Shown here: one piece after another, positions 39,352 to 51,876 of the stretch
How the letters are laid out: each line of letters begins with the position of its first letter
Position numbering within the stretch: position 1 is the stretch's first letter
NCBI RefSeq assembly: GCF_004010195.1
Contig: NC_057753.1
Span: 13,802,485-13,866,484 of the forward strand
Length of the DNA: 64,000 nt
Source of the DNA: Chiloscyllium plagiosum
Taxonomy: Eukaryota
Direction: 5' to 3'
Notes under the pieces: model-generated
Told to the model about the DNA's origin: nothing
What the model saw: the letters and a program-made list of their open reading frames with translations, nothing else
Database searches by the model: none
Translations under genes and position numbers: made by a program

Positions 39352-39793
39352 AGGTTTATTGCACAGTAATACACGACAGTGTCAGACAGCGGAAGCTGCG
39401 AGATTTTCAATCGGTACGACTTCTCTGTCTTCTGGAGGGCATCAGAAAACCGGGTCTGAGCGAAATCTGCCTTCACGTCAGCACCACCGCCCGTGTGCCT
39501 CCGAACTGCAAACTCGGGCTGTTTGCCTGAGTATTGACGGTACCAGAACAAGTAGTAAACATCGTCAGCATAGTTGCAATTTAAAGTGACATCTTCTCCC
39601 TCTGTCTGCATGAACGAAAAATACTGTTGACTAATAGGAACTGCATCGCTCAGATCTGGAACATAGCATTTAAGAAAATAGAAATCAACGACTAAACGTT
39701 CGAGAAAAGTGAACTGAATTTAGAAATACATGATCTTATCTATTATAAATAGAATTTAGAGTAGAAAAAGCATATTAGGACTGTTAGGCTCAT
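39352..39793 (-). pseudogene. TCR alpha/delta V with open V exon (39655-39352) but defective leader
   Basis: DLSDAVPISQQYFSFMQTEGEDVTLNCNYADDVYYLFWYRQYSGKQPEF...SDTVVYYCAIN is open. The leader from ATG 39793 is 54 nt (wrong phase), contains TAA, and the donor reads G|ATAAG. Confidence 0.85.
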
Positions 39794-41019
39794 AACTATG
39801 TGCACAACAAGCACATACAAACTTCCCATTTCTCCGCCTCATTTTGTGAGCATGTGTTTACAGCCCTTTCTCCCTCGTTTGTTTATCTGCGTTGCTCTTA
39901 AGTGCATTTTTGTTGTTCATTCTAACTACTCCATATGGTAAAAAAAAAAACTATTTTATCAATTCTCTGGCTAAACATTTGATTTTTCTTTTCTGAACTG
40001 CTCATTGAATTCTTTTGTGCCATTTAAGTTTATTTTTGAAATGTATGTATCTGGAATACTCCTCTACTGCAAGAAATCGCAACGTGGTCGGAACCAAAGG
40101 TCTTTTCACCATTGGAACAACATCAGTCTGAATACCTGCTAATCTTTTCATTAGTGGAGAAAGGAAGCTAACACAAACATTAACGTCTGTCAATCTTTCA
40201 AATCCAGCAACATCTCTCCAAACCATGTTTCTATTCTGCGTTGTATCCCTTCTTTTTCCTTGTCAGTCAGTGGCCAGAAATGAGTACAATTACCAGATGT
40301 GCTCTAACCCAGCTCTGATATTTGTCTTACGTGTGTACGCCATTTATCAAATATATTCGTTCACCCATTAAACTCCTTTTTAAACGATAAAGTCCTTACA
40401 AACAATTGAACTCCTCCAGGCCAGAGAAAGAACAGACAGCCACATTGCTGCTGCTCTTGAAATCGAGGGCTGTTTTTGCGTCTCAAAAATCTGCAGAGCA
40501 TCCATAAAGAAAAAGCTGTCAGTCTGGATTATGTTCAATTTGATTTCACTTCCTGTGATTCATGCGATAGGTCGATCTTGAACTGTCGAACGTCACAATT
40601 TTCTGTTTACGTCAGAAAAGAGAGAGACATTGGAGGTTGTCACTGTTGCTTAGAAAAAGATGACCAAATGTAAAGATCCTGTCTTTAATTCATCTACGAG
40701 AAGCTTGTTCGTCAACTGAATACAGAAAAAAACTCGCCTGACCCACAGCTCAAACATTAATTGATCGAAAGCTAGCTGGATGAAAAAAGGAAATTCTATT
40801 TTTGAAATTAGATTGAAAAGTTCGCTTTTCGTTCATTATCACTAATCAGAATGATACTGTAGACAGGTTGAGATCTGATATAGTTTATATATGGGACACC
40901 TGAGATTTCCGAACACATATTCCCTCTCGCTCATTGTTAGCAATCTGCAGGCTCGCTAGTCCACTCTTCCTTTACCCAAAATAGACCACACAGACTTACG
41001 GGCACAACTCTTATAGCTG

Positions 41020-41950
41020 GAAGAGATGTAACACTTGTCTGTTCAGTTCCACCCTCCTCAATATGCAAAGGTGCAAACACAACTCCCAGTAATGCTGTGC
41101 TTTACCTGCACTACTTACAATCCAGTCTATAGCATTTGCTGCTCACAATGTGGTCTCCTCGAAATTGAAGAACCGAAGCATATACTGGGTGGCTGCTTCA
41201 CAGAACACTTGCATTTTGGTTGCAAATGAAGACCCTGAACATTCAGTACTTTGTCACTACAAAACAATAACCTGTTCCCTGGTGAATATCTTGCCTCAGG
41301 CTTGTTGCAGTAATCCAGTGAAACTCAGCGCAACCTGGAAGAACAGCATCATATTTTCCATCTGGACTCCCTGTTGAATGCATTCGTAAATTATTAGTTT
41401 TTTACTACAACAACAACAACTACTACGACTACTACTATACTACTGCTGCTGCTGCTGCTACTACTACTACTATTATTACCTACTACTATTATTATTATTA
41501 GTAGTAGTAGTAATTATTATTATTATTACTAGTAATAGTAATAGTAGTAGTAGTGAATGCAATAACTTTCGGGCTTGAGATCTCCCATGTCCCCATCCCA
41601 ACGCTCACAGCCAGGCCTTGTTATCACACAGTCTGCTACTGCACAGCACTGACTGTAAGCCAGTAACTGTTCCACTAAAGCTATTTCACTCTTATAGACA
41701 GATCTTTATCCATTCTTTCGCATGTCCAATTGTTCTTCTCTCTCTTTGGGCTCTATCTTCACCTACCATTTACTCCTCACCCACTGTGCCCACCTTATGA
41801 TCTACATATAAACCAACACTTTTCTAATTACCATCAGTTCTGACGAAGTGTTACTGGAAATGAAATATTAACTCTGACATCTCTCTGTAGACACTGCCAG
41901 CCTTGCTGAGCTCTTACAGCTATTTTGATTTTTGCCTGATACCTTAAATA
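41020..41950 (+). mobile_element. Penelope-like 3' fragment interrupted by a trinucleotide microsatellite (~41405-41555)
   Basis: FTCTTYNPVYSICCSQCGLLEIEEPKHILGGCFTEHL is a decayed GIY-YIG. Confidence 0.75.
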
Positions 41951-43016
41951 TGCAGCATCAAAATAGAGATGGGTTAGGGGTGATATTGTTTGGGTGGCGA
42001 TCTTGGGGTGTATGTAAAGCATTGGTGAGCGAAGATGTCTACGAGCCAAATAAGCTGACTAATTTACCTGCATTAAAATATACTTCAAATAAACGGCATC
42101 GTGTTTCTTCTGCCAATTGCATACGGTGCAGTGAATGAAATTTAAAGTTTCACTCCTCTGTTTAGCATGTCTCGACATGCTAAATGAGATATCATGTCGA
42201 GACATTGTGCAGAGGTGACACCTTCTTACGTGCTGCTACTCAACATGTGTTATGAACAACCTTAATGTTGTACATCTTCTCACGTTGAGGCTGTGCTTTT
42301 CTCCAAGACTTGCTATGGTCTGTGTTGCAGTGTCTGAGCCTGCTCAGAACAATCATTCAGTTTGAACAGATGCAGAAAATGCTGAACGTATTCAGCACAG
42401 AACTGATTTTAGTTTTGAACAGAAACTAATCTGCGTCATATCCCATTTCACTGCCCGTTGTTTATACCAGTCCACCTCACAGACCTATTATTCTGAGAGA
42501 GCGGGCCACAGTTCAGAGTGAGGAGAAACTGCAGGACTGGAGTTGGAATTTCGATCGTGTTCCTCCACTCAATAAGGTGATCTAATGGGTGCACACCTTG
42601 CTGGATTATTCCCAAGTCTCGTATTTCGTGGCTATTTCATAACTCAATGGATATCGGTCTGAAGTGAACTCAGCATCAGAACAAAATCTCCTGGCTGATG
42701 TCTGAAATAATAACGAACTGGCAATTAACAACAGTTTGACTCCTTCATTGGGGCAATTTCTATTTTGGGAAATAACGAAAAATAATTACTGATGGTGCAG
42801 TATTCGTGCCAGAATCTGTCGTTTACAGATCTACTCACGGTGAGTTAAAATAGCACAAACACACACACGCACGTACCTGATATAAAGATGTGTTTACACA
42901 CAACTTTGCGAAATGGAAACGACAAAAAGAAAACGCTTGAGAAAAATAATCTTAAAAGGGTGTTTTTATTATGTTCCGCGGTCTTATCCAGAAGGAGGCC
43001 GTAATGTTGTCTTGCC

Positions 43017-43055
43017 AATTTTTGCACAGGCCGACTGCTTCTGCGTATCACTGTG
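43017..43055 (-). other. 23-RSS (CACAGTG - 23 nt - GCAAAAATT)
   Basis: Heptamer 43055-43049; nonamer 43025-43017. Confidence 0.92.
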
Positions 43056-43493
43056 GAGCTCAGTGCACAGTAGTAGACAGCAGAGTCGGAGACTTGAACC
43101 TCGGAGATATTTAAAGGAATTGTTTTCTTTTCCTTGTCCAAATGAGCAGAAAACCGGTCGGTGAAATCTTTAGATCTGTCCCCTTGTTGCTTATTGTATC
43201 TCCGCAGTAAATATCTCAGAGCTTCCCCAGGAGTCTGGATGTACCAAAAGAGAGTTTCTCCAGCTCATGCTGCTGCTGTGTAACGGCAATTCAGTGATGT
43301 AGTATGGCCTTCCTGAACGGTCCATTCAGTTGGATCCTGGGAAACTGAATACTGGCCGCTCGTTCCTGCAACAAAACATATGAAGTGTTAAAATTTTGAA
43401 TAAGAAAGTAAAATCAAATGTAAATGACGAATTTAACTCTGACTTACCGGGCACCATGGCCATTATTATCAGTAAAAAATACAGTGAACACAT
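43056..43493 (-). pseudogene. TCR alpha/delta V with a single TGA in CDR1 (leader 43493-43448, V exon 43365-43056)
   Basis: Leader MCSLYFLLIIMAMVP+G|gtaagt. GTSGQYSVSQDPTEWTVQEGHTTSLNCRYTAAA*AGETLFWYIQTPGEALRYLLRR...SDSAVYYCALS; stop at 43267-43265. Confidence 0.92.
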
Positions 43494-44325
43494 GATATCT
43501 ACTTCAAGAGCAAACAGCATGCTTGAAATGATCTGCCAACGCTAATATCAGCTACTGACATTAACTCGGGAACTGGCCTCACTTTTTGGGCAACAGAATT
43601 GAGTTTACCTACTCTGTGACTGGTTGTGTTCTCAGATGTTACGTCGACTGGGGAAGAAACAGAATCAGTTGATGACGAAAGATGAGCTTCGTTCCAATTG
43701 CATACTTTGTTGTTTTCATATCTTTGTCATCCCCTTTCTCAGTCTCATATTTTCAGACAATTGTCTCGTTTAAATTGGCTATATTTCCAACTCAACGGCT
43801 GTATCTTTAGACACGTTAATCCTTCGCTCTATTTAAGGTGAAAACTTAATCTTTTAACGTTAATTTCATACGCCGGCATTAATCGAAGCTCAATTTTTTT
43901 TTGTCTGAAGTATCTGGGTTTGATTGTCAAGTCCTCCGGTAACATGAAGATAGTGATCAAGGGAATTGAAAAACAACAGGAAGCATCTTTTACAAAGTGT
44001 ACTTTATTCCAATTTATAAATCTTTCTGTGAGGGGACAGTGGAAGCAGATTAAATGCCAACTTTCAGAATGATATTGCAAGAAGACTTGGACAGTGATTA
44101 AACATGAAAAGCTACAGAATGTTAAACGAACATTGGGAGTGGAATAAATTCTAAGGCTCCTTCAAAGAGCAGACACAACCACGATGACCGAATGCCTTGG
44201 TTTTGTGTGAGAGGTTGACATGATATTTGATGCATAATTCGTAATGTCAAGTTTTCCCATTTGTTGGTGGGAGAGTAGGGTGGTCACAGAAGTCTCAACA
44301 CCCACCAGTTCCTGATGCAACTGAG

Positions 44326-44444
44326 CAACGCTGTATAATTTCTAATTTCACACAGAGTAGTGAGTTAACTCAGAGCTGCAGACCTCACTTTCTCAACGCT
44401 GTATAATGTCTAATTTCACCCAGAGTAGTGAGTTATCTCAGAGC
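44326..44444. repeat. Direct repeat of ~51 bp with 68-bp period
   Basis: CAACGCTGTATAAT.TCTAATTTCAC.CAGAGTAGTGAGTTA.CTCAGAGC at 44326 and 44394. Confidence 0.9.
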
Positions 44445-44626
44445 CAATTCTGCTGCAGTGCTGCCCTCAGCTTCTGCGTGCTGTTCTGGCTCTGAACCAC
44501 CTTCCTCTCCTGTGTTACTTGAGTGATTATTGCTCTTGTCACTGTTTAAAATTGAGTGGAGCAGCTCCGAACTGGGGTCATCAGCAATGCGTTTTCCACA
44601 TTGCAGAATTACAATCAGGGAGTGCC

Positions 44627-45290
44627 ACGAGGAGACATCTCACACCAATTCTCATTGTTATCTCATTTCTCAGTCAGCACTGCTTTCCCAGAGAAAAAAA
44701 AAACTCCATTCTCCCCGACCATTATGTTTGTAACCCACATATTATTATTCGTAAATCACTGATGGCAACGATCATAATTATGGTTATTATTATTAATTTC
44801 TTGTTATAATTAAGTCAGCAAGCCAGAGTGGGACAGTTGTTTCCTTAAATTACATTTAAATTAAGGAAGTACTTTTCTACTAATCTGCAATTTGGACACA
44901 CATCATGCAGGTTAAGCACAAAGATACAACAAGCAACCAGGGATCCCTCCGAAATTCCTGGCTTGATTATACAGATTATACATTGGAATCCTAACTTCAG
45001 ATTAGTTCTGAGAAGAGTCACTCGACCTAAAATGGTGACAGTAATTGCTCTCTACAGACGCCATCAGACTTGCTGAGCTTTTCCACAAATTTCTACTTTT
45101 GTTTCGGATTTCAGCTTCCACTGTTCTTCCCGTTTTTACCTTAACTTTCATGAACTGTACTCTGCAACATTTAAGTAAACTATGACGATTAGCCAGCTAG
45201 CGATCATCAAGGCCTTCGTTTCTGACTCCAACATGTATTTCAGTGCCTTGTGTCTTCAGAGATGACATGATCCCGTGCTAATCTCACTCT
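44627..45290 (+). pseudogene. TCR V pseudogene (family of the 12966 V) interrupted by a short repeat (~45001-45150)
   Basis: Leader (ACG)RRHLTPILIVISFL|gtcag matches MGKYLTPILIIVSML. LICNLDT, KQPGIPPKF and VSDSNMYFSAL remnants. Confidence 0.72.
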
Positions 45291-45429
45291 CAAACTTACG
45301 GTGAAGTGCGTTAGAGGGCGCCTCAAACCAAGAAATAGAAACAACGCAACACCAGAGAGAGTCATGCAGGACATTCCTGAAGAGGCAAGAACAGATCTGA
45401 AGAGGAAATGTTGAACTTTCCGTTGAGGA

Positions 45430-45830
45430 TTATATATTTTTAAACAGATTTGTGGGTCGGGTTGTGGATGTGATTCTTGGTTTTCCCATTGAGCTAGTTG
45501 GTTTCTTATACAGATGCTTCGTCATCCTGCTCAGGAACATCATCAGTGCACCTTAGAAAGAAGCATCATTGTAGTACTCCACTCATTATTTATCGGTGTT
45601 GGTTTGTGAGGGTACATTTTGTCATTTCTGGTCTGCTCCACTGTGGCTGGTATAGAGGATCCATTTCTACATGTCTGTTGATTGCATCTGCCTGCGAGTT
45701 CAGTTTCCAAATGTATGAGCAATGAACCTCAGAAATCTCTCTGCACCACTCTGCTTCCCAAATTCTTGTCGAACTACTCTTTTCACTTCGCTGCACATCC
45801 CTGAGCCTAGTGGCCGCCACTAATAACCAT
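45430..45830 (-). mobile_element. Penelope-like 3' fragment
   Basis: AINRHVEMDPLY resembles the C-terminus of the 2.6-3.4 kb element (SIIKHINLDPF). Confidence 0.55.
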
Positions 45831-47229
45831 TCGTCATCTCAGATAATTGCACAGTGGAATGTGGCAAATTAGTAATGTAAATTGTTGTTGCTGGCTCCAA
45901 TAAGATGGAATTCAGACTAAATAACGAATACAACCAGAACGTCCACAGCCACATGAAAAGTTTAAAGAGCACACAACAAATGGAGACCGATTCACCACCT
46001 TCCCTCATGGACCCAGGTGGCGACTTCAATACTGTTTCTTAATCAGTTGTCTAAAACGTGGATTGAATGGAAGATTCATATTTGAAATTCATGTTCGGCT
46101 AGGTCTTTCATTCCACAATAATCATCAAGCAGATACAAATATCTGAAGAGAACTGTAATTTGTTCGGATTGGAATGAGCAGTGCAGAGATTTTCTTCAAG
46201 TTCCTTAGTTTTCAAATTGAATATTTTGTTAAATCCATTTACACATTTTGGAAACAAAACATTTGTTAAATTCACTCAAAGCTATCCACTATCGAATACT
46301 TGGCGTCTGTTATTAACCTATGGACAGGAAAAATGGATAGAAGATGTGGAAAATGCGAAATAAGTATCAAAGTGACAACGAGAGGTATGTCCAGGGATCT
46401 GAGTTCTGAAGCAACTCATGATAATGACGTTGGAAATCGATGACAATGAATGGAAGGCAATTCAAAACCATGTGTAAATTTCTCGGTCTCATGTCTCATT
46501 CTAATCTGAGCGATGGCAGTAAAATTTCTTATGAAAACGTTGCTGGCATGGAGCTCCTGTTTGCAGGAGTCCGCCTATACTTCATGCTCGGGTGCTTATT
46601 TATATTTTTCTCGTTCTGTTCCCGGGGATGGTAAACAAATTAATGGGAAACGTATAAAAGCGTTGGTTCTGCGTTCATTGTTGTATCTCACTGCAAATTC
46701 TGAGTATGAAGATTATGGATCATTAAAAATATTCGGCTCAGACTGAAAGAATGAACACTCTTAGCTGGTAGAACAGAAACTACATTTTGGCTGCAAATTC
46801 TAATTAGATTTGTGTTCTAAATGACAGGGAGAGTTGATTTGTTCTAAATGTTTTTAAGTAACTGCATACATGTTTTACATAGACGAGGGCTCTCTGATCC
46901 CGCACCAAAGCTTGCCTCGAAGTTGCACACCATCCCGACTTGAAACAACATCACCATTCTTTCAGTCAACGCTTCAAAATTCTTCAACTCCTGTCCCTAC
47001 AGCACTGTGGTTGCCCCTGAACACCAAGGGCAACAACTGTTCACGAAGGCAGATCACCAATAAATTATTTGGGGCAGTCAGAGTTTGACAATAACAGCTG
47101 GTGCACACGTCCCTGAAATAATTTAAATAAATACACTCGCGGGGTTAATTGTCTTCAAAACATAAGTATTCCTTAAGTGTCACTGAACGCAGAACAGCTC
47201 GAGAAATTTCTATTCACTGACAGGTACAT

Positions 47230-49705
47230 TACTCCTCCTGCTCACACAGCATCTGAGTTCCTTTGGAAAATTGGTCGGGCAATGCACGCTGAGGGGAATG
47301 TAAAACTGATAGCCAGGTTATTCGTATCGAGACTGGCTCTACTTTAAAGAGGACCATGCAAGGCTCCAAGCGATCAATTGTGATAGGGGACTCTCTAGTC
47401 AGAGGCACAGATCGATGTTTCTGATGCCAACAACAATGAATCAGAATCGTACGTTGCTTCCCTGGCGCCAGCATCTATGATGTTTCAGACAGAGTGCAGA
47501 ATATTCTTAAAGTGGAGAGGGAACAACAGGAGGTTGTTTTACAGATTAGGACTAACGATATAAGAAGACATACCGACGGGATTTTGAATTGAGAATGTAG
47601 CACGTTAGGCAGAAACTAAAAACGTAGATCCTCGAGGGAAGGAAAATCTGGATTCCTTCCAATCCCACCTGCTCGTGTGGGTAGGAGTAAGAGGATAGAG
47701 CCGATGATGGCTTACATCAATGGAATCGTTTTGAGGTAGAAGTGATTTGTTTAAGAAGGACGGATTGCACATAAATTGGAAGTGGATTAATATAATCCTG
47801 GGGTTAGTTTTTTTTAGAGCAGCCAGACAGATTTAAACAAGCAAGAGTGGTGGTGTAGGAACTAGGGAGACAGTGAGAAGAAGGATCAGTCTGAGACTGG
47901 TGCACTTGGGAAACGAAGCGAATCAAACAGTCAGGGTCAGTAGGATGCTAAGAGGGTTAAGCAGAAGTTAAAGGAAATCTGGAAATGCTTTCAGGTCAAA
48001 AGAGTATAAATAGAGAGAATAGGGTTCTTTAGAGATCAACCAGATAGCTATGTGTGGAATCGCTGGAGATAGTGGAGGTTTTAAATAAGCATTTTGCATC
48101 AGTGATTATTGTGAAGCAGGATATGGAATATAAAATTAAATAATTACGTCTTCAGAAATCTCCATATTAAAGATGAAGAGGTGCTGGACATGTTAAAGCG
48201 CATAAAGGTTAATACTGCACCTCTGTGGGAACCTAATGAGTTTTTACTGGGCGCTTTGCTGAGATATTCGTATCATCAATGGCCAGAGGTGTCGTGCTGG
48301 CAAACTGGAGTATTTAAGAAATTAGATAAGGAACAGCCAGTCAACTGTAGACTGGTCAGTCTGACATCAGTGGTGCACGAAATGTTGGAGGAAATCCTGA
48401 CGGACAGAATCTGGAAATATTTGGAAATGGAGGACTGATGAGTTAGTCAACATGTTTTTTTTTTTCCGTGTGAAAGCGTGTTTCACGAACATGACTAAAT
48501 TTTTAAAAGACGTAGCAAGGAGGGAAGTGTGGTGGACATGATCTATGTGAACTCTAATAAGGCATTCAACAGTATTCCTCAGTACACTGGTTTGCGAGGT
48601 TAGATCACATGCCATACAGAAATCAAGCCATTTAGATACAGAACAGTCTTGAAGATAGAAGACAGAGAGTATTTGTGGAGAGTTCATTTTAAGACTGGAA
48701 ATTTGTGACCAGTGGCGTGCCACAGGGATCAGTGCTAAGTCAATTGTGTTTCGTAATTCATACGAATAATTTGCATGTGAACGTTGGAGTTCTGCTTCCT
48801 AAGTTTGAAGATGACACCAACATTGGATGTGTAGTGAACAGCGAAGAATATTACCTCAGAATACAATAACACCTTGATCATATGGGCCAATGGGCCAAGG
48901 CTTGCCGAATGGAGTTCCATTTTGTTAAATTTGTTGTACTGCATTTGGAAAGCTAAATCAGGGCAGGACTTGTAAACTTAAAGGTAAGGGCCTGGGGAGT
49001 GCTGCTGAATAAACAGAACTTAATGTAGATTCACTGTTCTTTGAAAGTGGAGTCTTAGGTCAACAGTGTGGTGAAGAAGAAGTCTGGTATGCTTACCTTT
49101 ATGGGCCAGTGGACTGAATATAGGAATTAGGAGGCCAAGTTACTGCTGTACAGGACTTTGATATGACCACTTCTGGAAGACTGCATGCAATGCTGGTCTC
49201 CCTGCCATAGGAACGATGTTGTGAAACTTGGAAGTGTTCAGAAACGATTTGCAAGAATTATGCCAAGTTTGGGCTGTTTGAGCTGTAGAGGCAGCCTGAA
49301 TAGGCTGGGTCTATTTTTCCTAGAATTTCAAAGGCGGAGAGATTTATACGTTCATGAGGGGTAAGGATAGGGTGAATAGCCAATTTCCTTTCACTGTGGT
49401 AGACAAAAATAGAGACACAGGCTTAGGGTGAGAGGAGCAAAACTTCAAAGAATCCTAAGGGGCAACTTTTTCACACAGAGGGTGGTGCGTTCATCGATTG
49501 AGCTGCCAGAGCATGTGGTGAAGGCTCATGCAACTATAAAATTTGAAAGGCATCTGAATGGGGGCGTGGACAGAAAGGATTTAGAAGGGCATGGGTTAAA
49601 TGCAGGAAATGGGGCTAGATTTGTTTATGATATCTAGTCAGCATGGACGAGTTGGACAGAATGGTCTGTTTCCATGCTACGTTTCTCAATGGCTCTATGA
49701 CTCTA
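47230..49705 (+). mobile_element. Old CR1 LINE, internally deleted (ORF1 esterase + ORF2 RT remnants)
   Basis: IVIGDSLVRGTDR (SGNH-type ORF1), RLVSLTSVV, SGVPQGSVL, KFEDDT and NFFTQRVVR; 3' end CTCTATGACTCTA. Confidence 0.88.
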
Positions 49706-49756
49706 TATTATTCTAGATCAAATTTTGTCCATATGCCAAATATTTGTGCATTGAGC

Positions 49757-51230
49757 CATAGAGTCACACAGCACAGAAACCGACCATTTGGTCCAACTCG
49801 TTTGCTCATGCCAGATATCCTGAACTACTCTATTCCCATTTTACAGCTTTTGGCCCACGTCCCTCTGAACGCTTCCTATGTATGCACTTATCCAAACGTC
49901 TTTTAAATGTTGATATTGTACTCGCCTCCAGCACTGGCACCTTCCTCCGTACACACATTATGCTTTGTGTGAAAACTTTTGCAAAGGGTCCCTTTTAGAT
50001 TTGTGTCCTCACTCTAAGCTTATGAAATCTAGTTTGGACTCCTCCAACATAGGATCAAGATTTTGGCTAATAACTATATCCATGACCCTTATAGTTGTGC
50101 AAAGCTCTATATCTTCACACATTAGCCTCCAATGCTGCAGGTAAAATATCAGACTCTACTTAGTCTCCTTATATCACAAATTCTCCAATCACTGCAACAT
50201 CATTGTGGATCTTTTCTCTACACTTCCAACTTTCACAACATACTGCCTTTCAGAGGGCGACAAGAATTGTATGAAATACTTTCAACGTAACCGAATCAAC
50301 GACCAGTACATCCACAACCTGACGTCCCTCCTCCAGACAAATGAAGGCAAACATGCTAGATTCCTTCTTCACAACCGTGTATACCAACGATTCCTCTTTC
50401 ATGGAATTATGCGCCTGCATCCACCGTCTCTTTGTTGAGAAATACTCCCCAGAGCTGTACCATTAAATAATTCCTGCCCGGGTTTGTTTCACTAAAATGC
50501 AACAACTTACATTTATGTAAAATAAATGTCATATGTAAACCATCAGCTTTTGGCACATCTCATAAAAAGCCGAGACAACATTCTTCCTTGTCCGCTATAT
50601 CAGCTACTTTAGCGACTTTTGTAAATTTACTTACCACAACCCTTACATTTAAATGAAAATCGTTTACATAAACGACAAAACGCAGTTGACCCCGCACACC
50701 ACTGATCATTTTGGCACATCTCATAAAAAGCCGAGACAACATTCTTCCTTGTCCGCTATATCAGCTACTTTAGTGACTTTTGTAAATTTACTTACCACAA
50801 TTCCTACATTTAAATGAAAATCGTTTACATAAACGACAAAACGCAGTTGACCCCGCACACCACTGATCACGGGCCTCCAGTCCGAAATACAACGCTATAC
50901 CAGCATCCTCTGATTCCAACCTTCAAGCGAAGTTTGTATCCAGTTGGCTAGATCCCCCTTGGATCCCATGTGATTACAACTTACTAATCAATCTATCATG
51001 TGGAACCCTTGTCAAAATCTTTTCTTAAGTCCGTATCACCAAGGTCTAGCTCTCTGCCTTCATTAAACTTCTTTATCAAATTATTTAAAAAATTCGTGAG
51101 CTACGATTTCTCACGCACAAAGCTAAGTTGAGTATCCTTAATCACTCCTGACGTTCCAAATGCCTGGATATCCTGTTCCCCAGCATCCCTCCAAGAACTG
51201 ACCTAACAAGGACGATGGTCTCACCAGTTT
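49757..51230 (-). mobile_element. Old CR1 LINE fragment, tail-to-tail with the previous one
   Basis: 3' end CATAGAGTCACACAGCACAGAAAC; FVVYVND...VSKF RT remnants. Confidence 0.8.
50548..50869. repeat. 161-bp near-perfect tandem duplication
   Basis: 50548-50708 vs 50709-50869, with only a few differences. Confidence 0.95.
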
Positions 51231-51876
51231 ATTTCATTGAGTGCCCAAATCTGGGAGCAGCCTCAGTAGCACAAAAACTGTGGGTTCTGACCAGAAACCG
51301 AAGAACGTGATATGGTTACTGGAGATAAAAATGAAATCCAAAGTTTCCAGAAGTATGAGCTCGAAGATAGGTATTGCTGAACTCTCGCCATTTTACGCTA
51401 CGACTACTTATTCTGGAGGGGATACTGAATCCCAGTTATTCATCTCTGAGGACCAATAGCAAACACAGTGCATATCCATGGGAAAAAGAAAGAAGCGTAT
51501 CATTCAGGAACATGAACTGGGAATGTTGGGATGACTGGGGACTTTAGAAAGCAAATTCAAATATGAAGTACTGTGCATGAATCTGAGTGTGCGTGTGTGT
51601 GTGTATGTGTGTGTGCGTTTATATTTGTCTGTCTCCATCTGTGTTTGTGTATTCAGGTCACTATGCTGTACCTTCGTGCTGCAAAGGGTGGGTCGCGATG
51701 TGGTGTGGTACAGTATGGGCAGGTGAACACAGGTATGACTCGATTGGTCGATTTCAGGAGTGAATCCGGTTGGTAGCTGGAAAGAAGTACTGAGGAATAC
51801 AAGGAAGGGGAGCGCTTGATAAGGAATTTGGAAGGTGACGAGGGAGGATATTTCAAATTGCAGTATTCAGTGTTCA

